This document shows, piece after piece, positions 23,662-34,265 of a stretch of DNA of 64,000 nt. Under the pieces are notes generated by a model. That model did no database searches and was not told the origin of the DNA. It worked only from the letters and a program-made list of their open reading frames with translations. The stretch covers positions 66,431 through 130,430 of the forward strand of contig CAVXQJ010000001.1 of the NCBI GenBank assembly GCA_963763745.1, given 5' to 3'. This DNA is from an uncultured delta proteobacterium (GTDB lineage: Bacteria > Myxococcota_A > Polyangia > Polyangiales > Polyangiaceae). Position 1 is the first letter of the stretch. Every line of letters begins with the position of its first letter. The translations under genes and the position numbers were made by a program.

Positions 23662-24705
23662 ATGGATCGCGATCTCGAACGCGCGCAGTTGCGAGTCGGC
23701 GCATCCTTGCGCGGAAAATACCTACTCCAACGTGTGCTGGGCGTGGGTGCGATGGCAGCGGTCTACGAGGCGACGCACCGAAACGGAACGCGCGTCGCGG
23801 TCAAAGTGCTTCACACCGAGGTCGCTGCGATCCCCGACATCAAGAAGCGTTTCCAGCGCGAGGGGTACATCGCGAATCGCATCGAGCATCCGAGCGTCGT
23901 CCGCATCACCGACGACGACGAGGATGTCGACGGAACGGTCTTCGTCGTGATGGAGCTTCTGCAAGGCCACACGCTCGAGACCGAGCTGAAAACGTGTGGC
24001 GGTCGGCTTCCTCCGTCGCGGGTCATCGCGATGGGTGATGCCGTGCTCGACGCGCTCGAAGTGGCTCACGCAGCAGGCGTCATTCATCGCGACATCAAAC
24101 CCGACAACGTGTTTCTCACGCTCGGTGGAATCAAGATCCTCGATTTCGGAATCGCGCGCTTGATGGACATCTCCAGCGTCACGAAGAGCGGGCAGATGAT
24201 GGGCACTCCGGAGTTCGTTGCGCCGGAGCAAGCGGGTGGACGCATTCACGAAATCGACGGCCGCACCGATCTCTTCTCCGTCGGTGCGATGATGTTCACG
24301 ATGCTGACGGGAGACTTCGTGCAGCACGCGCGCACGCCAATCGAATACATGGTCTTCGCCGCGACGAAACCCGCACCGCCCATTCGCTCCGTCATGCCCG
24401 AGCTCGACCGCAGCTTGGCCGAGGTCATCGACGTTGCACTGGCGTTCGAAAAAGAAAAACGCTGGGCTTCCGCACGTCAAATGCAAGCAGCGTTGCGAGG
24501 CGCATCCTTTGGGTTGGAGGAGACCGTGGCAACGACGGGAGCCTACGAGCGATTGCAAGCGATGCGCGCTGGGCGGGAGAGGCGAACCACCGACCCGATG
24601 CCGCCACGAGCGAATCAGCAGAGACTGCCTGAGGTGTCGAGCACGCGCACTGTTCCGATGATGAGTCCTGCGTCTGAGCAGCCTATTCCGTTGAAGCGGA
24701 AATAG
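23662..24705 (+). CDS. Ser/Thr protein kinase (Hanks-type), divergent from paralog 2 and upstream of paralog 3
   Basis: Glycine loop GVGAMAAVYEA, VAVK, HRDIKPDN catalytic loop, DFG, GTPEFVAPE activation segment. ~348 aa, no TM. Confidence 0.85.
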   Translation: MDRDLERAQLRVGASLRGKYLLQRVLGVGAMAAVYEATHRNGTRVAVKVLHTEVAAIPDIKKRFQREGYIANRIEHPSVVRITDDDEDVDGTVFVVMELLQGHTLETELKTCGGRLPPSRVIAMGDAVLDALEVAHAAGVIHRDIKPDNVFLTLGGIKILDFGIARLMDISSVTKSGQMMGTPEFVAPEQAGGRIHEIDGRTDLFSVGAMMFTMLTGDFVQHARTPIEYMVFAATKPAPPIRSVMPELDRSLAEVIDVALAFEKEKRWASARQMQAALRGASFGLEETVATTGAYERLQAMRAGRERRTTDPMPPRANQQRLPEVSSTRTVPMMSPASEQPIPLKRK

Positions 24706-24773
24706 ACGAAACAATAACAACTAACTCCGCTCGTCGCGTTCTCGAGTCGCGCGCGGACAACAGAAGGGGGTGC

Positions 24774-27590
24774 GTGTTGAACGGTCTACGTATTTTCGCG
24801 GTGGGAGCGGCGGTGCTCATGGCGTCGCGGCTCGTGGGCGACGTGCCAGGGAATGCCGCTGCAGTAGTTTCGGCACCGCTGATGCCTGTCGCAAAGACCG
24901 CGCGGATATCGAAGCTGCCGCTGCGTTTCGAGGCGAACGCGGGGCAGTGGGGTCCGCACGTTCGGTTCCGAGCGCGTCAGGGTGGAGCGTCGCTGTTCAT
25001 CACGGACGATGGGATGACGATTGAGCTCAGGGACATGAAGCAAAAGGCGAAGAGCGCCGCAGTGACGCTCAAACTCGTCGGCGCAAAACCGAGCGGGCCG
25101 TATGGGGAGCAAGAGATCGTCACGAAGAGCAACTTCTTCCTGGGCAACGATCCGAAAAAGTGGCGGACGAACGTGCCGAACTACGCCGTAGTGCGCGCGA
25201 AGAACTGGCTAACCGGCGTCGACATCGTGTGGCACGGAGGGCCGAACGGGCTTGAGTACGACCTCGACGTGGCCGCTGGAGTCGACGCGCGCGAGATCGC
25301 GTTCGACGTGGAAGGTGCAAGCACCCTGCGCGTGAACGCGGACGGCGCGCTGGAGATCGCGACGGCAGCAGGGACGCTGGCGCAGAAGCCACCGCACGTG
25401 GTGCAGAGCGGCCGCGAGCTCGTGGCCGGATATCGGATAAGCGGACCTCACCGCATTACGCTCGATATTCACGGTTACGACCCGTCGCGCGCGGTCCTCG
25501 TCGACCCCGTGTTCCTCACGTATTCGACGTACCTCGGTGGCACCGGCGGCGACGTCGGTATCGGCATCACGGTGGACTCGAGCGGAAGCGCATACGTCAT
25601 TGGACGGACGACAGGAAGCTTCCCCACGACCGGGGGAGCGTACCAAACCAGCTACGGCGGTGGCAGCTACGACGTATTCGTTGCAAAGCTCAACGCTGCG
25701 GGGTCGGCGCTCATCTATTCGACCTACCTCGGCGGCAGCAGTGACGACTATGGCGCGGCCATCACGATCGACGCGAGCGGCAATGCCTACGTCACTGGCT
25801 ACACGTCTGGCACCTTTCCCACGACGTTAGGGGCCTATCAGACCACCCCCGGCGGCGGCTTTGATACGTTCGTTACAAAACTGAACACCACGGGATCAGC
25901 ACTCGTCTATTCGACTTACCTCGGCGGTAACACCGACGACGATGGCAATTGCATCGCGGTCGACTCGAACGGCAACGCCTACGTCACCGGAATCACTCAG
26001 GGTGGCTTTCCCACGTCGAATGGTGCGTACCAGACCACTTACGGTGGCGGCAGGGACGCCTTCGTCAGCACGTTGAACGCTTCGGGCTCGGCACTCGTAT
26101 ACTCCACTTACCTCGGCGGCAGCGGCGACGACTACGGCCGTGGCATTGCGCTCGACGCGAGCGGCAACGCCTACGTTACTGGAAACACCTACGGCAGCTT
26201 TCCGACGACGCCGGGCGCTTACCAGACTGCATTCGGCGGCACCAACGATGCTTTCATCACCAAGCTCAACGTCGGAGGTTCGGCTCTCACCTATTCCACC
26301 TACCTCGGTGGCATCTATGGGGACCAGGGATTGGCCATCGCGGTCGACTCGAGCGGCAACGCCTACGTCACCGGAAACACCAGCGGCAGCTTCCCCACCA
26401 CGACTGGCGCCTACCAGACCACGTTTGGCGGTGCCGGCGACGCTTTCGTCACGAAGCTGAACGCCGCAGGTTCGGCAGTCGACTATTCCACTTACCTCGG
26501 CGGCAGCTCGATCGATCAGGGATCGGCCATCGCGGTCGACTCGAGCGGCAATGCCTACGTCACCGGATACACGTTGGGAAACTTCCCCGTCACTGCGGGC
26601 GTCTTCCAAACCACCTACGGTGGTGGCAATAGCGATGCTTTCGCCACCAAGCTCAACGCCATGGGCTCGGCCTTGTCATATTCGTCGTACCTCGGCGGCA
26701 GCTCCGTCGACATAGGCGGACACATCGCGGTCGACTCGAACGACAATGCCTACGTCGTCGGATACACGTACGGCTTCCCCACGACGAATGGGGCCTACCA
26801 GACGACCTTCGGCGGAACGGAGGACGCCTTCATTGCGAAGATCTCCGACCCCGAGCTCGCGAACGGGACACCGTGCGCGCAGGCCGCGGAGTGCGTATCG
26901 GATCTATGCGTCGATGGCGTGTGCTGCAACACCACGTGTAGTGGCCAATGCGAAGCATGCGACGTAACGGGGCACGTGGGGACTTGTTCACCGGCCAACG
27001 GCGCGCCACATGGCTCGCGCGCCGCGTGCATCGGCACGTCCACAGCGTGCGGCTTTTGCGATGGCACGAACACGACGGCTTGCACGTATCCTGGCTCGAC
27101 AACCAACTGTGGTACGTCGTGCAGCGGCGGTATCGAGACCGACAGCAACTGCAACGGACAAGGAGCGTGTGTTGGCACCGCTCATTCGTGCAACAACCTC
27201 GTCTGCACTGCGGACGGCACGAAGTGCAAGACAACGTGCACGTCCGACACCGACTGCCTGCAGGGTTTCGCGTGCACGGGCGGCAGCTGTCTCCCAGGCG
27301 CAACGTGCGTCAACGATCACACGGCGCAGCCCGTGAGCGGTCCATCGCAGGATTGCACGCCATACGAGTGTGCGGGCGGGTGCAAGCAGTCGTGCTCCTC
27401 GGTGGACGACTGCGTCGCGCCAAACATCTGCGACCCCAGCGGGCACTGTGTGCCGCCAGTGACGTCCGGAAACAGCGGATGCAGCTGCGACACCTCCGTG
27501 CGCGGATCGCCGCGGTGGGCAGGTGCGCTTCTCACTTTCGCGATGGCGTTACTGTTTGCTCGCAAGCGCCGCCGTCGAAGCGTCGCGTGA
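24774..27590 (+). CDS. Secreted SBBP-repeat beta-propeller protein with the same Cys-rich module and MYXO-CTERM tag (paralog 3, domain-swapped variant)
   Basis: GTG start. N-terminal region differs. Ten repeats of YSTYLGGxxDDxGxxIAVDSSGNAYVTGxTxGxFPTTxGAYQTxxGGxxDAFVTKLNAxGSAL (SBBP/PF06739-type) replace the Kelch repeats. Then the family Cys-rich block CVDGVCCNTTCSGQCEACDV...DCTPYEC and C-terminal GCSCDTSVRGSPRWAGALLTFAMALLFARKRRRR. Confidence 0.75.
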   Translation: MLNGLRIFAVGAAVLMASRLVGDVPGNAAAVVSAPLMPVAKTARISKLPLRFEANAGQWGPHVRFRARQGGASLFITDDGMTIELRDMKQKAKSAAVTLKLVGAKPSGPYGEQEIVTKSNFFLGNDPKKWRTNVPNYAVVRAKNWLTGVDIVWHGGPNGLEYDLDVAAGVDAREIAFDVEGASTLRVNADGALEIATAAGTLAQKPPHVVQSGRELVAGYRISGPHRITLDIHGYDPSRAVLVDPVFLTYSTYLGGTGGDVGIGITVDSSGSAYVIGRTTGSFPTTGGAYQTSYGGGSYDVFVAKLNAAGSALIYSTYLGGSSDDYGAAITIDASGNAYVTGYTSGTFPTTLGAYQTTPGGGFDTFVTKLNTTGSALVYSTYLGGNTDDDGNCIAVDSNGNAYVTGITQGGFPTSNGAYQTTYGGGRDAFVSTLNASGSALVYSTYLGGSGDDYGRGIALDASGNAYVTGNTYGSFPTTPGAYQTAFGGTNDAFITKLNVGGSALTYSTYLGGIYGDQGLAIAVDSSGNAYVTGNTSGSFPTTTGAYQTTFGGAGDAFVTKLNAAGSAVDYSTYLGGSSIDQGSAIAVDSSGNAYVTGYTLGNFPVTAGVFQTTYGGGNSDAFATKLNAMGSALSYSSYLGGSSVDIGGHIAVDSNDNAYVVGYTYGFPTTNGAYQTTFGGTEDAFIAKISDPELANGTPCAQAAECVSDLCVDGVCCNTTCSGQCEACDVTGHVGTCSPANGAPHGSRAACIGTSTACGFCDGTNTTACTYPGSTTNCGTSCSGGIETDSNCNGQGACVGTAHSCNNLVCTADGTKCKTTCTSDTDCLQGFACTGGSCLPGATCVNDHTAQPVSGPSQDCTPYECAGGCKQSCSSVDDCVAPNICDPSGHCVPPVTSGNSGCSCDTSVRGSPRWAGALLTFAMALLFARKRRRRSVA

Positions 27591-27726
27591 CGTCCCGCGA
27601 CTTTCTCATCGCCGCGGGCGGAACCCTCGCGCTCTTGTGGTGATCCCGCCTCCACAAAACCGAGAGCCCCAACACACCATCACAGCGGTGGCAAGTGGTA
27701 TCAGCCGAACATTTGGTCGCAAGTGG

Positions 27727-30090
27727 TCAATCGCGTTTGCGCTGACGCAACGCAACACCACCAATCCCAAGGACGAGCCACCACAGGTCGGCTGGCGATT
27801 CGCTGGTTGCACACCCAGTCGAGGCGCTAGGCGGCGCAACGCAGTGTCCGGACGAATCACACACCGCCGGTGACGCGCAATCATCAACAGACGCGCAAGT
27901 GACCTTACACGTACCGGAATTATCGGTGTCGCATTTGTACGGAAGACAGCTCTGTGTTTGGTTCGTGCCGCTGGTCGACGTCACATCATCGAGGCACGTC
28001 GAGGTTGCTGGCGCGCAGCTTCCGCCTCCGCACACGAAGCCTTTCGCGCAATCTGCGTTGGTGACGCATGATGTTTTGCATTGTGTCGGGTCAGCACAGG
28101 CGAAGTTACCGGCACACTTGTGAGGTAGTGCTGGCAGACACGTGCCGTTGCCGTCGCACGTGTCATCGGTCTCTTGTGCATCACCGGTACATGTTCGATT
28201 GCAGACCGTTGCTTGAGACGGAAACGAGCATTGCGTTCGATTGCTCGAATCACAAACGCCTCCGCACGTTGACGCCGCGGCGAAGCATGAGGTTCGGCCG
28301 CCGTGAGGTGCGCCTGCGAACCCTTTGCAGGTTCCCTCGAAGCCCGTGACGTCGCACGCTTCGCACTGCCCCGCGCACGCCGTGTCACAGCAATAACCAT
28401 CAACACAGTTGCCCGACTCGCAGTCGGCCGTTCCCGCGCAGGTCTTCCCGTCTGGGACTGCCTTGAGAATCTCTGCCGTGTTCGTTCCGATGTCTCCGTT
28501 GATGGTTCCACCTGCGGCGAGGACGCGACCATCGGGCAAGAGCACCAACGCCGTCAGTCTTGCTGTCGTCATGGATACGAACGTGTCGAAGGAGCCAGTG
28601 GCCGGGTCGTACAACTCTGAGCTCGACAGATAATTGCTACCTGTCGTCTCGCCACCCGCGACAAGCACGTGACCTGATGGCAACGTCAAGGCCGGCGCAG
28701 CGCGGACAGTCTGCATTTGTCCAGTAGGCGTAAAAGTATCAGTCGTCGGATCGTAGAGTTCCGCGGTGAGTGAGTACAAGAATATGTTTCCGTCAAAACC
28801 GCCCGCGATAAGTACTTTGCCGGATGGTAAGAGTGCTGCGCCTTGGTTCAAGCGAGTCGCCGCCATCGCACCCTTGGTGAACGTAAAGGTGCCGGCACTG
28901 GGATCATAAAGTTCCGCAGTACTCTCATAAGTCGACACGCTCGATGCGCCGCCGACCACGAGCACTTTCCCCGACGATAAAAGAGTAGCCGAGTGCGCAA
29001 AGCGCTTCGTCGACATCGTGCCGGTGGGAGAGAAGGTGGTAGTCGATGGGTCAAAAAGCTCGGCGCTCGCCGTGACGCCGCTCGTCCCCTGACCACCAAC
29101 GAACAACACCTTGCCGCTGGAAAGCAGCGTTGCAGACGCGCTTGAGCGCGCTACGCCGAGAGACCCTGTCGTGGCGGTGAAGTTTCCGCTGTTGGGGTCG
29201 TAAAGCTCGGCGGTCGCGAGCTCCGAACCATTGCTGCCACCGGCAATCAGAACTTCACCCGACTGAAGAATGGATGCGGTGTGAAAAGCGCGCCAAGTGG
29301 TCATGGAACCTGTCGTCGCAAATGTTCCACTGCCAGGATCGTAGAGCTCAGCCTGAGCTACGTTGAGCGCACCACCCGCGACAAGCACCTTGCCCGTGTT
29401 GAGCAGGGTCGAGGTCGGGTTGCGGGCGTTCGCCATCGAGCCGGTCGTAGTCCATGCGGGATCGACCCGCGCGGGATAGTCGACCTGCTCCCAAGTGACT
29501 CGCATACTGCACGCTGTTGCGTTGGGGGCCGTGATCGAACGATTCCACGGTGGCGCCGCGCTCTTGTCGAACGCGCAACCAAACACGGAGAGGTGCGCGG
29601 CGTGTTTCACCTCGTGAGCATCGACGACATAAGGTGGTGCGACGCGAAGGCGCGGCGTTCCCGCAACGTCGAGCATTTCGAGCGTGTTGCCGAGCAAGCG
29701 AAGTCCGGAGACCTGCGAGACGTCGATATCGTAAACCAGGGACTCTGCCGCCGGTCGCGAATCGAAGTAGACAAAGTCTTCAGTGCCGTCGAACCTCACG
29801 CGCTGCTCGACATCGACGCCTTTGCGCACGTTCGGATATCTCACGAACGAGCTCGACACGGTCGCCGGCACGTCGCCAACGTTCTGCAACCGGAAAGCAA
29901 TCGCGAGATGCGATGCGTCGTCTTCGACGCGCGTCGAGCCACTCGAACGGACCGGCAAAGTGACTGTCGCCGTGTGACCCGTGGTGGGTTTCGTAATTTG
30001 CAACTTGATGAACGAGGTCCGTTCGCTCGCCGCGTCCGGCGGGGTACATGCGAGCAGCAAAGCGAGTGCGGGTAGCGCAGCGGCCTTCAT
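27727..30090 (-). CDS. Secreted Kelch-repeat / Cys-rich / MYXO-CTERM protein (paralog 4)
   Basis: Start MKAAALPALALLLACTPP (lipoprotein-like signal), overlapping paralog 5 stop. Conserved N-domain (GTEDFVYFDSRPAAESLVYDIDVSQVSGLRLLGNTLEMLD...PRLRVAPPYV), Kelch-like repeats, Cys-rich CVDGYCCDTACAGQCEACDV...CLPYKCD, C-terminal GCATSESPADLWWLVLGIGGVALRQRKRD. Confidence 0.75.
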   Translation of the reverse strand: MKAAALPALALLLACTPPDAASERTSFIKLQITKPTTGHTATVTLPVRSSGSTRVEDDASHLAIAFRLQNVGDVPATVSSSFVRYPNVRKGVDVEQRVRFDGTEDFVYFDSRPAAESLVYDIDVSQVSGLRLLGNTLEMLDVAGTPRLRVAPPYVVDAHEVKHAAHLSVFGCAFDKSAAPPWNRSITAPNATACSMRVTWEQVDYPARVDPAWTTTGSMANARNPTSTLLNTGKVLVAGGALNVAQAELYDPGSGTFATTGSMTTWRAFHTASILQSGEVLIAGGSNGSELATAELYDPNSGNFTATTGSLGVARSSASATLLSSGKVLFVGGQGTSGVTASAELFDPSTTTFSPTGTMSTKRFAHSATLLSSGKVLVVGGASSVSTYESTAELYDPSAGTFTFTKGAMAATRLNQGAALLPSGKVLIAGGFDGNIFLYSLTAELYDPTTDTFTPTGQMQTVRAAPALTLPSGHVLVAGGETTGSNYLSSSELYDPATGSFDTFVSMTTARLTALVLLPDGRVLAAGGTINGDIGTNTAEILKAVPDGKTCAGTADCESGNCVDGYCCDTACAGQCEACDVTGFEGTCKGFAGAPHGGRTSCFAAASTCGGVCDSSNRTQCSFPSQATVCNRTCTGDAQETDDTCDGNGTCLPALPHKCAGNFACADPTQCKTSCVTNADCAKGFVCGGGSCAPATSTCLDDVTSTSGTNQTQSCLPYKCDTDNSGTCKVTCASVDDCASPAVCDSSGHCVAPPSASTGCATSESPADLWWLVLGIGGVALRQRKRD

Positions 30091-32555
30091 CGGAGCACCT
30101 CCGGCAAGACCGTGCTCGCTTTGCGCCTGCGTCGTGCTGCAAGGATGAGAAGACCGACCAAGCTCCATTCCTCGGGCGACTCTCCTGTTGCTGAGCACCC
30201 ACCTGAGCTTGGTGGAAGAGCAACGCAATGATCGGTCGAGTCACAAACGTTTGGTGAAGTGCAATCCGCCACGCTAACGCATGTGTTTTTGCACGTACCA
30301 TTCGTGTCACACGTGTAGCGTCCGCAGTCGTCGCCATTCGCGGCTGTGTGAGCGTCAATACACGATCCTCCCGCGATACATTGACCACTGTTGCAGACGA
30401 ATCCACCAGCACAATCCGTATCGGTTTTGCATGTAACGAGGCAAGCAGCGCCCGTGGTATCGCAGCCGTAGTTGCCCGGGCATTGCGCGGGTGCCGCCGT
30501 CGCGCAGTGCCCTTGTCCGTCACATGCGCTCGTCGTCTCTTTCGCGTCGACACACACGGCGGCGCAACTTGTCGAGGAGCTCGGATACGTGCACGTGTTG
30601 CGAGTTGCTGCGACGCATACTCCGCCGCATATTCCGTTTCCTTCACACCCGACCCTCGCTCCGTGCGGAACGCCATCCACCCCGGTACAGGTTCCCACCG
30701 AGCCCTGCACGTCGCAGGCTTCGCACTCACCGACGCATGCGGTGTCGCAGCAAACGCCATCGACGCAATTCGTGGAGACACAGTCGTTCGACGTCTGGCA
30801 TGCCCCGCTGTTCGTCACACGAAAAATCTCCGAGCTCGCAAGGATCGATAGCGTGTTTCCGTTCGTCGATTGACCTCCAGTGACGAGAACTTTCCCCGAC
30901 GGAAGTAACGTAGCGGTCGCGAGGTATCGCGAGATGGTCATCGTTCCGCTCGCCGCAAACGTTCCCTTCGCTTCATCGAACAGATCCGCGGCGTCCGTGC
31001 TCGTACCCGTGCCTCCTGGACCGAGACCGCCAGCGACTAACACGGGCCCGGTCGGAAGCGCGATGGCGACGTGACGCATGCGTGGAGTATTCATGTCGCC
31101 GGTCGGCGAGAAGGTTCCGTTATCGAAGATTTCCGCTGATGAAAGATACTGCTCCACAGTGCTTACAACGATATATCCGCCAGCGACCAGCACTTTGCCC
31201 GATGGAAGTAGTGTGGACGTGTGTGCATATCGAGCCGTTTCCATCGACGGACCCGCGGAAAAAGTGCCCGCGAGAGGATCGTAGATTTCAGAGGTCGCGA
31301 GGTAGTTCGTTGGTGTCGAGCGCCCACCAGTAACCAGGACTTTGCCCCCACCAAGCAGCGCCGCACTAGCGCTCGACCGGGCGATCGACATTCCGCCGGT
31401 CGATGTGAAGCTGCCAGAAGAATAGACTTCCGCACTCGAGAGATAGGCACCATTGTAACCACCAGCAAAAAGGACGGACCCGCCAGCGAGCAAACTCGCA
31501 ACATGCCGATAGCGACCGTTCACCATCGTACCTGTCGTGGTGAACGTTCCTGCGTTGGGATCGTACAGTTCTGCCGATGCGACGTAGGTTCCATTGTAGC
31601 CACCGGCGACAAGAACCTCGCCCGACGGAAGCACAGTCGCCGATGGTTCTTGACGCGCGAACGACATCGTACCGGTCGTCGCAAACGTTCCGCTGGCTGG
31701 ATCGTAGATCTCCGCAGTGTTGATAAAACCTACTCCGCCGTTGTACCCACCGAGGACTAAAACCTTGCCCGACCCCAACAGCGCGGCAGCGTGATACTCG
31801 CGCTCCGCGTGCAACGAACCCGTCGCGGACCATGCAGGGTCAACGATCGCAGGATATGCGACTTCACTCCAAGCGATGCTTATGACACAGCTCGATGCAC
31901 CGGCTCGTGTCACTGGGCGACCCCAAGGGGCGGCAGGATTCGTGTCATAGGCGCAGCCCGCGATCGAGAGCCTGGCTTCATGTCGCTTATGACTCGCATC
32001 GTCGACGTAGGGTGGAGCGACGCGCAACCTGGGGGCGCCGTTCTCATCGAGGAACTCAATCACGTTGGCGACAAGGCGCAGCCCAGCGATGTCGTTGACG
32101 TCGACATCGTAATCGAGCTGTTCGCGAGTGGGCTTCGAGTTGAAGAGCACAAAGTCTTCCGTGCCTTCGGCGCTCACACGGTGCACGACATCTGCTCCGG
32201 CAACAGCGCCTCTGTAAAGCGCTAGCCCGTCGACGATCGTTACTCGCGAGTCACTCGCGTTCTGCGAGCTGAAGCGGATGCTTCTATGTGATGTGTCGTC
32301 TTCGAGCATCACCGCGTCGTCCGCACGTGTGGGAAGCACGACGCTCGCTGTGCGCGAGATGCCATGTTGCTGGTCCAGCGGCACGACCGCATGCATCCCC
32401 GTGCTTCCAATAGGCTCGAACGACAACCTCAACGTGGTGGGTGAATCTGCGGGCGCTTGCACGGGGCGACTCGTTGATGATGGCGACGACTCGGCGCTAC
32501 AGCTCGCGAGGATGACGAAACCAACCATCAGCGTGATCGATCGAGTGAAATACAT
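30087..32555 (-). CDS. Secreted Kelch-repeat / Cys-rich / MYXO-CTERM protein (paralog 5)
   Basis: Start MYFTRSITLMVGFVILASCS, 12 nt after the OMP stop. Conserved N-domain, Kelch-like repeats (GEVLVAGGYNG...AELYDPNAGTF), Cys-rich CVDGVCCDTACVGECEACDV...DCGRYTCD, C-terminal GGCSATGESPEEWSLVGLLILAARRRRK. Confidence 0.75.
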   Translation of the reverse strand: MYFTRSITLMVGFVILASCSAESSPSSTSRPVQAPADSPTTLRLSFEPIGSTGMHAVVPLDQQHGISRTASVVLPTRADDAVMLEDDTSHRSIRFSSQNASDSRVTIVDGLALYRGAVAGADVVHRVSAEGTEDFVLFNSKPTREQLDYDVDVNDIAGLRLVANVIEFLDENGAPRLRVAPPYVDDASHKRHEARLSIAGCAYDTNPAAPWGRPVTRAGASSCVISIAWSEVAYPAIVDPAWSATGSLHAEREYHAAALLGSGKVLVLGGYNGGVGFINTAEIYDPASGTFATTGTMSFARQEPSATVLPSGEVLVAGGYNGTYVASAELYDPNAGTFTTTGTMVNGRYRHVASLLAGGSVLFAGGYNGAYLSSAEVYSSGSFTSTGGMSIARSSASAALLGGGKVLVTGGRSTPTNYLATSEIYDPLAGTFSAGPSMETARYAHTSTLLPSGKVLVAGGYIVVSTVEQYLSSAEIFDNGTFSPTGDMNTPRMRHVAIALPTGPVLVAGGLGPGGTGTSTDAADLFDEAKGTFAASGTMTISRYLATATLLPSGKVLVTGGQSTNGNTLSILASSEIFRVTNSGACQTSNDCVSTNCVDGVCCDTACVGECEACDVQGSVGTCTGVDGVPHGARVGCEGNGICGGVCVAATRNTCTYPSSSTSCAAVCVDAKETTSACDGQGHCATAAPAQCPGNYGCDTTGAACLVTCKTDTDCAGGFVCNSGQCIAGGSCIDAHTAANGDDCGRYTCDTNGTCKNTCVSVADCTSPNVCDSTDHCVALPPSSGGCSATGESPEEWSLVGLLILAARRRRKASTVLPEVLR

Positions 32556-32567
32556 TTTCCCCCCAAA

Positions 32568-34265
32568 CTAAAATTCGTACTTGAACCCAAGACTCGGAAC
32601 GAGCGCGATCACCACGGTGCTCGTGAGCCGGTCGTTTGCAAACGATCCCGCGCCGTCAGTCCCCGTGAGCACCTGCGTTGTTTGATTCCACCGCGGCGGG
32701 CTGAGCGCGGGCATCACGAGGAGCTCGGCGCCCAAGCTCACCTCGACGTGATCGCCAAACTTGCGACCGAGTCTCACTTCGGGCGCCACGAACAAATAGA
32801 TGGCACTTGGCGCTTGCGTGGTGTCGACCGAGTACGTCCCACCCTTCGCCGCGGTGAAGGAACCGGTTCGATGATCTCGTGTCGAACCGAAAAACACACC
32901 GACCCCGAGGCGCACCGTGAACGGCCAGTCGCCGCGCGTGCGATATTGCCCGTCGATGCCGGCAATCACACCGCCGAATAGCAAGCTATCGTTCGCCGTG
33001 CCTTGGCTAACCAGCGCTCCGGGCGATGTTATCGTCGTAGCTCGATTGGAGATGGTATTCGTCAATAGTACGTAGCCGGCGCGCAAACCGACGCCGATAC
33101 CCGATCCGAATATGTACGTACCGTGGAGCACGCCCTCGAATCCAATCGGAAGGCCAGCGCTGCATCCAGCGGTGCATTCCGAGCTGCTCTGCATGTCGCT
33201 CGCCGCGAGAAGACCGAGCGGCGCGCCGAGATCGACCTCGAGCGCGATTCCGCTGTGGCCCGCAGGCGGCGCGATGACGTCGAGTTTTGCGTCGACGATC
33301 GCGTGATCGCCGGAGTCGAGCTTGATGTCGCGCGTGAACGCTCCATAACCTTCGAGCGTCGCCGCGATCTTGTGGGTGCCCACTGTGAGGCGACCGTCCC
33401 AGACACCGCGGCCAACAGGCACTTCATCGATCGTCACCGCAGCAGACGCAGGATTCGGCGTGACGCGCAACGTGGCGGCGAGCTCTTGCATCGTGAGATC
33501 GAGCGACGCAACGTCATTGAGCTTGATGTTGACCAATGAAGGCGGTGTCCCGTCGGTTCCCTCGCCACGGAGAAATACCGTGTGGGCTCCCGGAGCGAGC
33601 GCGCCTTCCCACGGAACGTGCCCAACGACTGCGCCATCGACGACGAGCTCCGCTGTTTTTCCCTGGTGCTCGACTACACGCAAACGCCCGGCTTGCGTGA
33701 GCGCGGCGAGTTGCGCGTGAACGACTGCGGCTTGTCTGCCTGCGAGATCGATGCGCGTCTCGAAGGGTAAGGCGCCGTCTTTGGTGACGCGTACGAAGTG
33801 ACTGCCCGCCGAAAGACGAATCGGCCCTTTGAGTGGCGTCTTGCCGCGTTCGACGGAATCGATCGTGACGGTCGCGCCATCCGACGCGCCTTGAATGTCG
33901 ATGGTGCCGACGGACGCTTGCAGCTCCGTGATCTCGCGTTGTGCGAGCGCCCGATCCGCTGGAGACAAATCCTGAAACTCGTGGACGAGCTTTTCGAACA
34001 TGTCGAGCGCTTCGTCGAAGCGACCGACTTTGCGCAAACAGATCGCCGCGTTCTTCGTGTTGCCGCGCGATGGAAAGAGCTCACGCGACTTCAAGAACTC
34101 GACGAGCGCCGCCTGCCATTCTTCGCGGTCGAAATGGGATAGGCCGAGATCGAAGTGGCTGCGCGCCTCTTCCTTCTGCTGGTCGCTCACCTGTCCCCAC
34201 GCATTGATCGACAGGAGTATGGATATGACTATTACTGCAAGAGTAACTGGTCGTCGGATCATCAC
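32568..34265 (-). CDS. Outer-membrane protein: signal peptide, TPR-like N-terminus, PEGA-type Ig-like domains and C-terminal beta-barrel
   Basis: MMIRRPVTLAVIVISILLSINAWGQ signal. TPR-like helical segment (EARSHFDLGLSHFDREEWQAALVEFLKSRELFP...). Repeated PEGA-like beta segments (ATVTIDSVERGKTP; AELVVDGAVVGHVP; AAVTIDEVPVGRG). C-terminal alternating-hydrophobic strands ending ...LGFKYEF (terminal Phe, classic OMP barrel signature). ATGA overlap with the upstream kinase. Confidence 0.6.
   Translation of the reverse strand: MMIRRPVTLAVIVISILLSINAWGQVSDQQKEEARSHFDLGLSHFDREEWQAALVEFLKSRELFPSRGNTKNAAICLRKVGRFDEALDMFEKLVHEFQDLSPADRALAQREITELQASVGTIDIQGASDGATVTIDSVERGKTPLKGPIRLSAGSHFVRVTKDGALPFETRIDLAGRQAAVVHAQLAALTQAGRLRVVEHQGKTAELVVDGAVVGHVPWEGALAPGAHTVFLRGEGTDGTPPSLVNIKLNDVASLDLTMQELAATLRVTPNPASAAVTIDEVPVGRGVWDGRLTVGTHKIAATLEGYGAFTRDIKLDSGDHAIVDAKLDVIAPPAGHSGIALEVDLGAPLGLLAASDMQSSSECTAGCSAGLPIGFEGVLHGTYIFGSGIGVGLRAGYVLLTNTISNRATTITSPGALVSQGTANDSLLFGGVIAGIDGQYRTRGDWPFTVRLGVGVFFGSTRDHRTGSFTAAKGGTYSVDTTQAPSAIYLFVAPEVRLGRKFGDHVEVSLGAELLVMPALSPPRWNQTTQVLTGTDGAGSFANDRLTSTVVIALVPSLGFKYEF

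Noticed and set aside
25537-26632. Apparent tandem DNA repeats inside 25.5-26.7 kb (possible CRISPR-like periodicity)
   Set aside because: The ~150-nt periodicity is the coding repeat of ten SBBP protein repeats in paralog 3. The units are diverged at DNA level and in frame, with no spacer-repeat structure.
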